This document shows, piece after piece, positions 38,403 to 48,019 of a DNA stretch of 64,000 nt. Both the position numbers and the translations under genes were made by a program. This DNA comes from an uncultured archaeon (GTDB lineage: Archaea > Iainarchaeota > Iainarchaeia > Iainarchaeales > 1-14-0-10-31-34), in the NCBI GenBank assembly GCA_964608675.1, contig CAZSOZ010000001.1, positions 221,272-285,271 on the forward strand, given 5' to 3'. The notes under the pieces were generated by a model. That model did not search any database, was not told the origin of the DNA, and saw only the letters and a list, made by a program, of their open reading frames with translations. Within the stretch, counting starts at the first letter, position 1; each line of letters begins with the position of its first letter.

Positions 38403-39503
38403 TCATGTCGCTTTAGTTATTGCACTTGGATTAGATTCGTTTCCATACCAGTCCACTGCAGTTAAATAAAAGTAATTTGTCTGCCATAATTCCAGCTCTT
38501 TTCCTGTTTCTTCTTTTGAGGAAACTGCGTTCAGAACATATGCAGTGAATGCCTGGCTGTCTTCTTTGCTTCTGTAAATCCTGTATTCTTTTAAATCTTC
38601 TTCTGGGTTTGCATTCCATGCAATAAGTATTTTGCCGTCTGTTTTTCTTGCAGTTATTCCTGTTGGAGCAGAGGGAGCAATCGAATCATTTTTTACTTTT
38701 ATTCCTGTGATTTCAAAAACTTTTCCTGTGTTTTTTATTTCAATTATATATTCTCCTTCTTTTTCAGGAGCAGTTAATTCTGCTGAAAAAATTTTTGAAC
38801 AGGAACTGCATAAATTTTTTGTTATTTTTTGGGTTTTTTGTGTTGAATTATTTTTAATCCATTCAACAATAAAATTGAATTCTTTTGCAGGAATTTTTTC
38901 TGCATCTACAATTAAACTAATTTTTTGGTTTGGTTTAACAAATTTTTTTTCTATTGAAATTCTTTTTATTTCAAATGTTTCTTGATGAATGCATTTTCCG
39001 TTAATGCATTCTCCTTCGTTGCATCCGCATTTTTCGCAGTTTTTTTCCAGTTTTCCGTTATTGCAGTAATTTGGCTTTTGTTTTGAACATTCTCCAAACA
39101 AAGTTCCGTCAATGCATTTTTTTTCTGTTTCAATTACAGTTATTTTCTTTTTTTTGTTTATTTGGTTTCCGTTATCCAGAATCATTTTCATTTCAATCAT
39201 GTAAACTCCTGTTTTCTGAAAGATTTCTGTGAATTCAACTGAGCATTCTGTTTTACTGCATTCTTTTTCTTTTGTTTTTTCTGGAGACAAGTAAACTATT
39301 TTTTTTATGAGGAAAGAACTTTCTGCATTTACTTCAAATAATGCTTTTTCTCCTTTCTCAAAGCTTTCTTTTGATTTAATTTCAATTTTTGATTCAGTGG
39401 TTATTCCTTTAACATTAATTATTCCTGCAGAACTCAAAGTAAAAAAAACCCCTAAAAAAACTGTTATTGAAAGAATTATTGAAAAAATATTTTTTATTTC
39501 CAT
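38403..39503 (-). CDS. Secreted or membrane-anchored protein with a Cys-rich module and a C-terminal fibronectin-III-like domain.
   Basis: N-terminal hydrophobic signal; CIDGTLFGECSKQKPNYCNNGKLEKNCEKCGCNEGECINGKCIHQ; the C-terminal PSAPTGITARKTDGKILIAWNANPEEDLKEYRIYRS...YFYLTAVDWYGNESNPS is FN3-like. Confidence 0.45.
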   Translation of the reverse strand: MEIKNIFSIILSITVFLGVFFTLSSAGIINVKGITTESKIEIKSKESFEKGEKALFEVNAESSFLIKKIVYLSPEKTKEKECSKTECSVEFTEIFQKTGVYMIEMKMILDNGNQINKKKKITVIETEKKCIDGTLFGECSKQKPNYCNNGKLEKNCEKCGCNEGECINGKCIHQETFEIKRISIEKKFVKPNQKISLIVDAEKIPAKEFNFIVEWIKNNSTQKTQKITKNLCSSCSKIFSAELTAPEKEGEYIIEIKNTGKVFEITGIKVKNDSIAPSAPTGITARKTDGKILIAWNANPEEDLKEYRIYRSKEDSQAFTAYVLNAVSSKEETGKELELWQTNYFYLTAVDWYGNESNPSAITKAT

Positions 39504-39510
39504 TTTTTTT

Positions 39511-40473
39511 TCACTTGTTTGTTTTTTCTATATTAAATCTGCTGTCAGTCAAAGTTATGTTTAAGTCATTTAATTTTATTTCTTCTATTTCTGAAGTAAA
39601 CAAAAACTGGACTTTTGCTTGAATTTGTGTTCCTGAATGCCTTATTTCAACATTGTTTTCATTGAAAAAAATTTTTATTTCTTCTGAATTGCATCCTGCA
39701 CCAACACACAAAAAAGTTATTTCGTGGTCTGATGTTGAATCAAAATGCTTGCTTGTTTTTCTGGTATCTGAATTTAAATCGCATTCTGAACAGTTTTCAT
39801 CCAGCAAATTTACTTCAATAAAAGGACTTAACTGCATGGGATTATAGCTTTCCTGATAACAGTTTTGATCTCCTCCGTAATCACATGACAAAAAATTGTA
39901 GTCTTCTGAAGACGAAACAGAAATATTTATGTCAATCTTTCTGATTAAATCTATATCAAAATTTTCTTCGCATTCATTTGAGCCATGAAAGTGCATTGAA
40001 TTGTAGTCTGTTAAAGTGTATTTTTGGCATTGTGGTTTTATAATTAAATTAATGTTTTCATCTATTCCCCCCCATAAACTGTTTTTTGGGGCTTCTACTT
40101 CAACTTCTATTAAATCATAAATTGCTGAATCACTGCTTTCAGCAAAAATTTCATATGCATTAATAAAATCAAAAAAGCTTTTGGTTTGAACTTCTTTTAA
40201 GGGAAGTTTTTGAGTAAAACTGACAGTTCTTTCTTCAATTGAATAAGTAAACGGAACAAGCCTTTCAAAATAAGTTTTTGTTGTTCCTGTCCTGTAAAAA
40301 TCTTTTATAAAACCTATGTTTGAATACTTGTATTTTACTTGGTCAACGGCGTTTGAAGCAAATGACTTTTTTTCTGCTTCCAGATACTGGCTGTTTATTT
40401 TGAATGCAAAACCTAACAGCATTAAAGACAAAACCAATCCCATTAAAACAAAAAATAATCCTTTGTTTTTCAT
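39511..40473 (-). CDS. Secreted protein with a possible class-III-like (pilin-like) N-terminus.
   Basis: MKNKG|LFFVLMGLVLSLMLLGFAF: short basic N-region, Gly, then a 20-aa hydrophobic stretch. It overlaps the upstream gene by 4 nt. Confidence 0.35.
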   Translation of the reverse strand: MKNKGLFFVLMGLVLSLMLLGFAFKINSQYLEAEKKSFASNAVDQVKYKYSNIGFIKDFYRTGTTKTYFERLVPFTYSIEERTVSFTQKLPLKEVQTKSFFDFINAYEIFAESSDSAIYDLIEVEVEAPKNSLWGGIDENINLIIKPQCQKYTLTDYNSMHFHGSNECEENFDIDLIRKIDINISVSSSEDYNFLSCDYGGDQNCYQESYNPMQLSPFIEVNLLDENCSECDLNSDTRKTSKHFDSTSDHEITFLCVGAGCNSEEIKIFFNENNVEIRHSGTQIQAKVQFLFTSEIEEIKLNDLNITLTDSRFNIEKTNK

Positions 40474-43196
40474 TTAATCCAGCCCCTGTATTCTATTACA
40501 TAAAATTCTGTTTTTGGAGAAGCATAACAATGAATGGAATCAAGATTATTTGTAGGGCATTCACTTAAATTTCCGTTTGGATTGACTTCCACGCAGATTA
40601 TTCCTTGTGTAGCAATATATTCATCTAAATAAAGTATTGTTGAAAAACTGCAGTCTGAGTCATTTCCTCCGCATAATTCAGGCACAAGATAATGATTTCC
40701 AAGAAGAATTCTTCCTGCTCCTGTACTGCAAACTGAATCATTTCCTAAATAAAAATTCAAATCAGTTTCTCCTGTGTTCAAATCTCCAATATTTGATACA
40801 TTTACATCAATAAAAATGTCTGTTTCGCTTAATATTTCTCCACTGATTATTTCAACTGCAATATCTCTTTTTTTGAATGGAATTGGAACAGTGAATGCAT
40901 TCCAGTCAATTATTTGTGTTGTTCCGTTTTCATCCACATAAGACAAATAACTTCCTTGTCCGGGAAAAACAATTGAATCTGTTTCGCATCCTAAATTTGA
41001 ATCACATGCAATATTAATTGTATAACTTCCGTGCCAAGGATTTTCAGGAGAAATGTTTCCTGCATCAAAAACAAGGTTTCCGTCAATAATTGTAGCGTTT
41101 CCGTCATCAATTATCGTAATATTTTGAGGCATTATAATTGTTACGTTGGAGTCTGTTGCTTGAGCCTGAATTTCATCTGCAATCAAATTATAGATGTCCA
41201 TTAATGCATTTGCGTCTTCTGCAAAGTAATAATTGGCATCAGTTGCATTAGCAATATTCTGTAATTCTGTTTCATCCACGTCTCCTCCAAATCCAATAGT
41301 ATAAATTTTTATTCCTAAATCTGCTGCGTCTTCTGCTGCCTGCAACGAATCCCCTGAATTTGACTGTCCGTCTGACAGCAAGACTTGGAATTTTAATGCA
41401 TATTCCGCGGTTCTTTCTGAAATTAATTCTTCTGTTCCTTCTCTTATTCCTTGTTCGATGTTTGTTCCTCCTCCGGGCAACAGGGAATTTACATCTGTCT
41501 GTAATGCAAGTTTGTTTGAATCATCTAATTTTTTTAATTGTGAATCCAGAAAAGAAGAAGTATGAAAGCTGGCTACTCCTATTTGGTCTGATGCTTTCCA
41601 TTCATTGAAATCAATAAATGTAGCAGCAGAAGCCTGAACTGCATCCATTTTTGTTCCAGAACTTAAATCCAAAGTAATTAAACCCATTGAATCAGCCGCA
41701 ATAAATGCATACCCGTTTTCGACTCTTACATCATTATATTCGTAAGGAGTCCTGTAAATTCTGTTCAATAAAGGATTATCTACATCGCTTACATCAATGG
41801 AATACAAGCCTCCTGATTCATCTGCAATATATGCAGTGTTTCCGACTACATCAACTCCTCTTGCGTTGTCTGCAGTATTATAGTTCCCTCTTGCACTAAT
41901 ATTGCTTGGATCACTTACATCAAAAACGTCCAGTCCTCTTGAACCATTTGCAACAAACACATAGTTTCCTGAAACTTTTACTCTGTAAGCTTGTCCGCCT
42001 AAATCCATTGAATCCTCAAAAGTTAAATTGTTTGGGTCACTGGCATTTAATACAACAAATCCGTCATTGTAATTTCCTATATATAAATAAGTTCCATCTG
42101 AATCAATTCCAAACGCAGTTCCAGAAGTATCATAATTGTCCTGATGATTTATATTTCCTGGATCGCTTGCATCATATGAATCAACTCCTCTTGAACCGTT
42201 TGCAGCATACAATTGATTCCCTATTTTTACAACCCCATAAGAATAGTTTCCTGATAAATCAACTCTGTCTGTTTCAAACATGTCTGTAGGATCGCTTATA
42301 TCTATTGATCTTATTCCTGAAGTGTAATCTGCCACATATGCATAATTTCCTTCAATAAAAACATCAAAAGCAATATATGTGTCTTGCCTGTCTCCATATA
42401 ATATGTCTAATGGATTGCTTACATTAAAACTGTATATTCCATAATAATAATCTGCAAGGAAAGCATAATTTCCTGAAACATCAACTGCCTGAGAATTATA
42501 TGCGTCGTATTCTCCTCCCCAGCTCATTGAACCGCTTTTGTCTATAACAAGCATTATGTCTACAGGCCTTCGGTATCCAGGGGGAAAAGCAGCAGTCAAA
42601 TTAACTATAATATTTTGATCGCATTCAAGTTCTGTGTCAGGAACCGTATTTACATCGAAAACAAAATTAAGGTCTTCTCCCATGAAATCAAAAAATATTT
42701 TTCCTGTGTCAAAAACAAATTTTTGTTCTGATTGCATTAAACCCAGAATATTTGTATCACATTCTCCTGGAGGCTGTTTTTTTACAATTAATTTTTTTCC
42801 GTAGAAAACAGTTTTATTTTCAGGGACTTCTGATCCAAAAGAGAATTCATTAAAATCTGTTCCAAAACAATCATTAAAAGTCTGGTTGTTTCTGCATTTA
42901 ATTGAATTCAAATCAAATTGTTTTACGCTTACATTTAAGTCAAGGTAATCAGGAAAAAATCCTTCAAGTTTATTGTAAATATTTTCAGCTGAAGCAGATG
43001 TATTTGCATCCATTTGACTTATAAGAAACCCTGTTTGTTCCATTGCATTGAATGCGTCGTTTAATTCCTGTCCAATGTTTCTTTCAGCTTTTTCTTCAGA
43101 AAAAAATAATCCTGCAGACAAAATTATTCCTGAAACTAAAACTAATGCAAGAATAGCATCAAAACTAAATGTAAACCCTTTATTCCCATAATTCAT
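40470..43196 (-). CDS. Giant pilin-like adhesin: class III signal peptide, then a vWA domain interrupted by an LVIVD-repeat beta-propeller, then a C-terminal Cys-containing domain.
   Basis: Likely start MNYGNKG|FTFSFDAILALVLVSGIILSAGLFF; the ORF track extends to 43241. MIDAS DIMLVIDKSGSMSW is followed by about 300 aa of LVIVD-like repeats (YAFLADYYYGIYSFNVSNPLD, YAYVADYTSGIRSIDISDPTD, YVFVANGSRGLDVFDVSDPSN, TAYIADESGGLYSIDVSDVDNP, YAFIAADSMGLITLDLSSG). The vWA then resumes (GGGTNIEQGI, LLSDGQSN, IYTIGFGGD). Confidence 0.7.
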   Translation of the reverse strand: MNYGNKGFTFSFDAILALVLVSGIILSAGLFFSEEKAERNIGQELNDAFNAMEQTGFLISQMDANTSASAENIYNKLEGFFPDYLDLNVSVKQFDLNSIKCRNNQTFNDCFGTDFNEFSFGSEVPENKTVFYGKKLIVKKQPPGECDTNILGLMQSEQKFVFDTGKIFFDFMGEDLNFVFDVNTVPDTELECDQNIIVNLTAAFPPGYRRPVDIMLVIDKSGSMSWGGEYDAYNSQAVDVSGNYAFLADYYYGIYSFNVSNPLDILYGDRQDTYIAFDVFIEGNYAYVADYTSGIRSIDISDPTDMFETDRVDLSGNYSYGVVKIGNQLYAANGSRGVDSYDASDPGNINHQDNYDTSGTAFGIDSDGTYLYIGNYNDGFVVLNASDPNNLTFEDSMDLGGQAYRVKVSGNYVFVANGSRGLDVFDVSDPSNISARGNYNTADNARGVDVVGNTAYIADESGGLYSIDVSDVDNPLLNRIYRTPYEYNDVRVENGYAFIAADSMGLITLDLSSGTKMDAVQASAATFIDFNEWKASDQIGVASFHTSSFLDSQLKKLDDSNKLALQTDVNSLLPGGGTNIEQGIREGTEELISERTAEYALKFQVLLSDGQSNSGDSLQAAEDAADLGIKIYTIGFGGDVDETELQNIANATDANYYFAEDANALMDIYNLIADEIQAQATDSNVTIIMPQNITIIDDGNATIIDGNLVFDAGNISPENPWHGSYTINIACDSNLGCETDSIVFPGQGSYLSYVDENGTTQIIDWNAFTVPIPFKKRDIAVEIISGEILSETDIFIDVNVSNIGDLNTGETDLNFYLGNDSVCSTGAGRILLGNHYLVPELCGGNDSDCSFSTILYLDEYIATQGIICVEVNPNGNLSECPTNNLDSIHCYASPKTEFYVIEYRGWIK

Positions 43197-43734
43197 AAAC
43201 TTGTAATTCAATTTGAGCTTCACTTCCTCTATAATTAACAATTCTTTTGGTTGAAATCAAATATTCTGTCTGGCTTGCAGGACTTAATCCTGCACTAATT
43301 ATTATTACTCCTTGAGTTAAAACAAAATAATAATCATATCCTTCCAATCCAAGGAGTTCCCTGCTTTTATTGTAGTCAAGATTTGAAAAAGCTGTCAGTT
43401 TGTCTTCGCTTATCTGATTTCTTTCCATTAATCCAATTCTTTCAATATGGCTTTCACTTAAATCCTCCCAGTTTTCAGGATAGCCTTTTGTTTCAGTTAA
43501 TTCTTTTAAAACAAAAAAAGAAGAATGATTGATTTCATTTAATTCCATGTTTCTAGTAAAATCTTTTGTGTTTTTGTTTACTGCTGAAAGAACAGAAGTA
43601 AAAATTAAAACAAAAATAAAAAACCCCATAACTAAATCAATCATGCTTGACTGTCCTCGTTTGCTTTTATGCAGGAATAAGAAAGTGCTTTTAGTCAAGC
43701 ACAAGGATTTCTTAGATTTTTTCAATTTCAACAA
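43180..43734 (-). CDS. Pilin-like protein (minor pilin / pseudopilin) with a class III signal peptide.
   Basis: KRGQSSMIDLVMGFFIFVLIFTSVLSA: G|QSS followed by a hydrophobic helix; 184 aa. Confidence 0.5.
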   Translation of the reverse strand: MLKLKKSKKSLCLTKSTFLFLHKSKRGQSSMIDLVMGFFIFVLIFTSVLSAVNKNTKDFTRNMELNEINHSSFFVLKELTETKGYPENWEDLSESHIERIGLMERNQISEDKLTAFSNLDYNKSRELLGLEGYDYYFVLTQGVIIISAGLSPASQTEYLISTKRIVNYRGSEAQIELQVYELWE

Positions 43735-44068
43735 CTCCGTTTAAATCTTTTATTCTTACATTTCCTTTTGTAATAAAAATTTCTTGGGCTATTCCATAAT
43801 AACTGCAGGAAATTCCTTCAACATCAATCCACCCTTCACCTACATTAAAGTCTTTTTCTGCATAAAATTCAACGGTTGTTTTTTTTCCTGAAGCATAAAC
43901 TGAACTGATTATATCTGAGATTTTTCTGCATTCAGCTTTTGATTCAAGATAATCTGCCATTATTTCAATTTCATTATTTTTTTCAAAACTATATGCTGCA
44001 ATTACTGCAAAAGATAAAAGCAGTACAACTGCTCCAATAATTATTTCCATTGAAACCTGGCCTTTCAT
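43712..44068 (-). CDS. Pilin-like protein with a class III signal peptide.
   Basis: MKGQVSMEIIIGAVVLLLSFAVIAA has the QxSxE motif immediately after Gly; 118 aa. Confidence 0.6.
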   Translation of the reverse strand: MKGQVSMEIIIGAVVLLLSFAVIAAYSFEKNNEIEIMADYLESKAECRKISDIISSVYASGKKTTVEFYAEKDFNVGEGWIDVEGISCSYYGIAQEIFITKGNVRIKDLNGVVEIEKI

Positions 44069-44078
44069 TTAAATCATT

Positions 44079-44507
44079 TCAGCTAATTTCAGTGAAAGTG
44101 ACATTTGAATCAGTGGATTCAACTGCAATAAAATGAAATCCTTCTTCTGTTGAAAAACTTGTTGGTTCAAGTTCTGCTTTGCTTATATCATAAACTTCAT
44201 AAGTGCTTACTAAAGAAGTCATTTCAATTATTACTTGGCTGCCAATTGTATAAAAATTTGTTACTCCTGAAGGAAGTTCTGCTTCAACTACAATAATGCT
44301 TCCGTTTCTTGTGCTTACTTCATCTGCAGCATTAACTAATTCCCTTAAAGAATAATAAGTTGTATTAAATCTCTCGTTTTCATTCACAGTAATTATTGCA
44401 AAAACAAACATTATTCCTACAATAAGCATAACAATTGCAGTAAGACTTACGTATTCAACAGAAATCTGCCCTTTATTCAAAAAACCACTTTCCTTATTTA
44501 GAAACAA
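44079..44507 (-). CDS. Pilin-like protein with a class III signal peptide; first gene of the operon, with an apparent TTG start.
   Basis: LNKGQISVEYVSLTAIVMLIVGIMFVFA has QxSxEY; 142 aa. Confidence 0.6.
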   Translation of the reverse strand: MFLNKESGFLNKGQISVEYVSLTAIVMLIVGIMFVFAIITVNENERFNTTYYSLRELVNAADEVSTRNGSIIVVEAELPSGVTNFYTIGSQVIIEMTSLVSTYEVYDISKAELEPTSFSTEEGFHFIAVESTDSNVTFTEIS

Positions 44508-44605
44508 TCTTTATCAATATAAATCTTTTCAGCTAAAAAAATAAACTATTTTCAAAAAGCAATCGCCCAAAAAAACTGCTTTCGTTCGTCAATTAACGTA
44601 ATTTT

Positions 44606-45544
44606 TTGTTTTTCGTTATATTTTTAGTTTGCTCTGCAAAAATATATTTAATGTTTTCAGTTAAAAGCAAGGCATCAGAAGAACAGGAATTATGGAAAAA
44701 AATAGAGGACTTAGAAAATTCCCTTAAAAAAGCTGAATCTGCCAATAAACCTGAAATCGAAATTCAGTTAGCAAAACTTAAATTTCAGTTATCTGAACTT
44801 CAGAAGCCTTCAAAAAAAAGAAATCTTGATTTTGAAGTTGAACTGCAAAAAAAGCAGTCTCAATACAATGATTTATATGAAAAATACTCTAAATTAAGGC
44901 AGGCAGTAGGTTCAGTAAGTTCTGTTTCTGAAATAGAAGAAAAGCAGAAAGAAAAAGAACTAAAAGACAAACTGCATAAATTTCTTCTCAAAAAATATGC
45001 TGACATAATAAATGAAACCGAAAAAAAAACTATTGGAGAAATAAAAGGTCTTATTGATCCAGATGATTTAAGCATTCAGTCTCTTTTGGCAGAATTAATT
45101 ACAGAAAATTATTCTTTCAGCAAAAATTATCTTTCAATGGCAAAAGAAGCCTATGATTTTGTTTTAAAAGAAATTTCTTTTGTTGAATCAGATATAAAAA
45201 TCAATTTTTGGCTTACTCCTACTGAAATAATAAAAAACAAATTTGCAGACGATGAAGATTTAGCTGTGTTTTTATGCACTTTGCTTTATGCTTTAGGAGA
45301 CGAAAACGCGTTTGTGATTGTAGCTGAAATGGAAAACCTTTCAAGCCATGCTTTTGTTATTACTGAACACAAAAACAAATTTTATTTGTTTGACTCTTCA
45401 CAGAAAAAATCTTTTAATGAATTTTCAGGAAAAAAAGAAGAAATATTAGAAAATTATTCTTTCAGGGACTCAAAAATCAAGAGATTTTTATACAGATTTA
45501 ATGCATTAGAATACGAGCAGTTTCCTGAAGAAAGAACAGAATGA
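44606..45544 (+). CDS. Coiled-coil protein with a C-terminal transglutaminase-like (Cys-His-Asp) core.
   Basis: DLAVFLCTLLYALGDENAFVIVAEMENLSSHAFVITEHKNKFYLFDS has Cys, His and Asp in the order and spacing of transglutaminase-like/papain-like cores. The N-terminal 120 aa is coiled-coil. Confidence 0.35.
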   Translation: MFFVIFLVCSAKIYLMFSVKSKASEEQELWKKIEDLENSLKKAESANKPEIEIQLAKLKFQLSELQKPSKKRNLDFEVELQKKQSQYNDLYEKYSKLRQAVGSVSSVSEIEEKQKEKELKDKLHKFLLKKYADIINETEKKTIGEIKGLIDPDDLSIQSLLAELITENYSFSKNYLSMAKEAYDFVLKEISFVESDIKINFWLTPTEIIKNKFADDEDLAVFLCTLLYALGDENAFVIVAEMENLSSHAFVITEHKNKFYLFDSSQKKSFNEFSGKKEEILENYSFRDSKIKRFLYRFNALEYEQFPEERTE

Positions 45545-45626
45545 ATTATGTAGCCTTTTCATTTTATTTTTAAACCTTTTTTTCTTTTTCTATTATGTTT
45601 GTTTTCATAAAAATTATGAAACGACT

Positions 45627-45737
45627 CTTTTCTTTTTTCCGAAAAAGAAAAGTGCAAGCTGCAATTTAATCCCAAAAGGATTAAGTGCACACAAAAACTG
45701 AAAAAGTTTTTGTAGTGCCTAAAAGAAAAAAGGCACT
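45627..45737 (+). promoter_or_regulatory. Cluster of three hairpins in the 5' region of gap-pgk.
   Basis: An 11-bp stem cttttcttttt/aaaaagaaaag (45627-45652); a 7-bp stem aaaaact/agttttt (about 45692-45710); and a 7-bp stem agtgcct/aggcact (45714-45737). Confidence 0.3.
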
Positions 45738-45770
45738 AGTTCATAAAAATAATAATTTTTTCAGGGGGAT

Positions 45771-46751
45771 TTGATGATTAAAGTTGCAATAAATGGTTTT
45801 GGAAGAATTGGAAGGATTATTTTAAGAGAGGGATTAAACAGAAAAAACATTGATTTTGTTGCAGTAAATGATTTGACTGACAATAAAAATTTGGCGCATT
45901 TATTCAAGCATGATTCAGTTCACGGAACCTTTCAGGGAGAAGTTTCTTTTGATGAAAACAGCATTTCTGTTAACGGAAAAAAAATAAAGGTTTTTTCAGA
46001 ACCCAACCCTGAAAAACTTCCCTGGAAAGAGCTTGGAGTTCAAGCAGTATTTGAATGCACAGGAAAATTAAGAAAAAACGAGGATTTTAAAAAGCATTTA
46101 ATGGCCGGAGCAAAAAAAGTAATTGTTTCTGCTCCTGCTGAAGGAGTTGATTCAACTGTTGTTTTAGGTGTAAATGATTCAAAGGAATGGACTTCTTTAT
46201 CTAATGCTTCCTGTACTACCAACTGTCTTGCTCCAGTTGCAATGGTTTTGGAAAAAGAATTTGGAATTGTTTCAGGAATGATGAACACAATTCATGCTTA
46301 CACAAGCGATCAAAGACTTTTGGATGCTCCTCATAAGGATTTAAGGAGAGCAAGAGCTGCTGCTTTATCAATTATTCCTACAACTACTGGAGCAACAAAA
46401 GCAGTAGGAAAAGTTCTTCCTTCTGTTGAAGGAAAACTGGACGGAGTATCTTTAAGGGTGCCTGTTCCTGCAGGGTCGATAACAGATTTTGTTTGTGTGT
46501 TAAAAAAAGAAGCAACTGTTGAAGAAGTTAATTCAGCTTTAAAGAAGGCATCTGAAACTTATTTGAAAGGCATACTTGAATATACTGAAGAACCTTTGGT
46601 TTCAAGAGACATTATTGGAAACAAGCATTCAAGCATTGTTGATTCTTCTTTAACTCAAGTAGTAAACAAAAATATGGTGAGAGTTCTTTCGTGGTATGAT
46701 AATGAATGGGGGTATTCTGCAAGAATGCTTGACTTAATTGAAAAAATTTGA
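45771..46751 (+). CDS. gap: Glyceraldehyde-3-phosphate dehydrogenase, type I (bacterial/eukaryotic type).
   Basis: INGFGRIGR and SNASCTTNCLAP (active-site Cys); 326 aa; GGGGGA ribosome-binding site upstream. Confidence 0.9.
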   Translation: MMIKVAINGFGRIGRIILREGLNRKNIDFVAVNDLTDNKNLAHLFKHDSVHGTFQGEVSFDENSISVNGKKIKVFSEPNPEKLPWKELGVQAVFECTGKLRKNEDFKKHLMAGAKKVIVSAPAEGVDSTVVLGVNDSKEWTSLSNASCTTNCLAPVAMVLEKEFGIVSGMMNTIHAYTSDQRLLDAPHKDLRRARAAALSIIPTTTGATKAVGKVLPSVEGKLDGVSLRVPVPAGSITDFVCVLKKEATVEEVNSALKKASETYLKGILEYTEEPLVSRDIIGNKHSSIVDSSLTQVVNKNMVRVLSWYDNEWGYSARMLDLIEKI

Positions 46752-46760
46752 GGAAAAAAA

Positions 46761-47969
46761 ATGCTGAAACCGATTTCTGAAATTCAAATAAAAGGAAAAA
46801 CAATTTTAGTAAGAGCAGACTTAAATTCTTCTGTTAAAAACAGAAAAATTATTTCAGGCCAAAGACTTAAAGAGCATTCTAAGACACTTTTAATGCTTTC
46901 CTCTAAAAAAGCAAAAACAGTTGTTCTTTCTCATCAGGGAAGAAAAGAACGCGATGACTTTATTTCATTAAAAAATCATCTTTCAATTTTAGAAGAACTA
47001 ACAGGAAAAAAAATTCAATTCAGTTCATGGAAAGAAAATTTCAAACAAAAAATTTCTGCTTTAAAGGAAGAAGAAATTCTGTTAATGGAAAACACAAGGT
47101 TTTTGGAATTTGAGTCAGAAGAAAAAACTCCTGAAGAACACTCAAAGCAGAAAATAATTCAGGAACTTGCATCGGTTGCTGATGCGTTTGTTTTGGATGC
47201 ATTAAGTGTTTCTCACAGAAGCCATGCTTCTGTTGTAGGTTTTATTCCTTTAATTCCTTCTTTTTCCGGTCCAGTTTTGGATTCAGAATTAATTAATCTT
47301 GATAAAGCCCTTAATTTTAAGGAATCTCCAAGAGTTCTTTTTTTAGGAGGAGCAAAACCCGAGGATTCCATAAAAACTCTTTCTTTTTTTCTGAAAGAAA
47401 ACAAAACAGACAAAGCCCTTCTTTCAGGGATTTTAGGAGAACTTTTTTTGTCTGCTCAAGGAATAAAATTTGGTGCAAAAGACTCTTTTTTTGAATCAAA
47501 GAATTATTTTGAGTTAATTCCTGAAATAAAAGAAATTCATAGTTCATTCAAAGAAAAAATTTTTTTGCCCGAAGATTTTGCTTTAAACAAAAACAAAAAA
47601 AGAAAAAATCTTTCTGCTGAAAACCTGCCTTCAGATTTTGAAACAAAAGACATCGGAAAAAAAACAATTCAAAAATTTTCAGAGGAAATAAAAAAAGCTA
47701 AAATGATTGTATTTAACGGCCCGCCGGGAGTTTTTGAAGAAAAAGAATTTTCTTTGGGAACAAAATCAGTTTTTCAGGCCATGAAAGAAAACTCATGCTT
47801 TACTTTTTTAGGAGGAGGAGACACAGGAACTGCTTTAATTTCTTTAGGGTTTTCTCCTTGTGATTTTTCTTTTGTTTCTTTGAGTGGAAAAGCTTCTTTA
47901 AAGTATTTGTCAGGAAAAAAATTGGTTGCAGTTGAAGCATTAAAGCAATCAAAACTAAAATTAAAATAA
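46761..47969 (+). CDS. pgk: Phosphoglycerate kinase.
   Basis: GKTILVRADLN, VLSHQGR and FNGPPGVFEEKEFSLGT; 9 nt after gap. Confidence 0.8.
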   Translation: MLKPISEIQIKGKTILVRADLNSSVKNRKIISGQRLKEHSKTLLMLSSKKAKTVVLSHQGRKERDDFISLKNHLSILEELTGKKIQFSSWKENFKQKISALKEEEILLMENTRFLEFESEEKTPEEHSKQKIIQELASVADAFVLDALSVSHRSHASVVGFIPLIPSFSGPVLDSELINLDKALNFKESPRVLFLGGAKPEDSIKTLSFFLKENKTDKALLSGILGELFLSAQGIKFGAKDSFFESKNYFELIPEIKEIHSSFKEKIFLPEDFALNKNKKRKNLSAENLPSDFETKDIGKKTIQKFSEEIKKAKMIVFNGPPGVFEEKEFSLGTKSVFQAMKENSCFTFLGGGDTGTALISLGFSPCDFSFVSLSGKASLKYLSGKKLVAVEALKQSKLKLK

Positions 47970-48019
47970 TTTTTTTAAAGCTGAATAATTAATTTTTTTT
48001 TCTAAACTTAATTTTTTTT

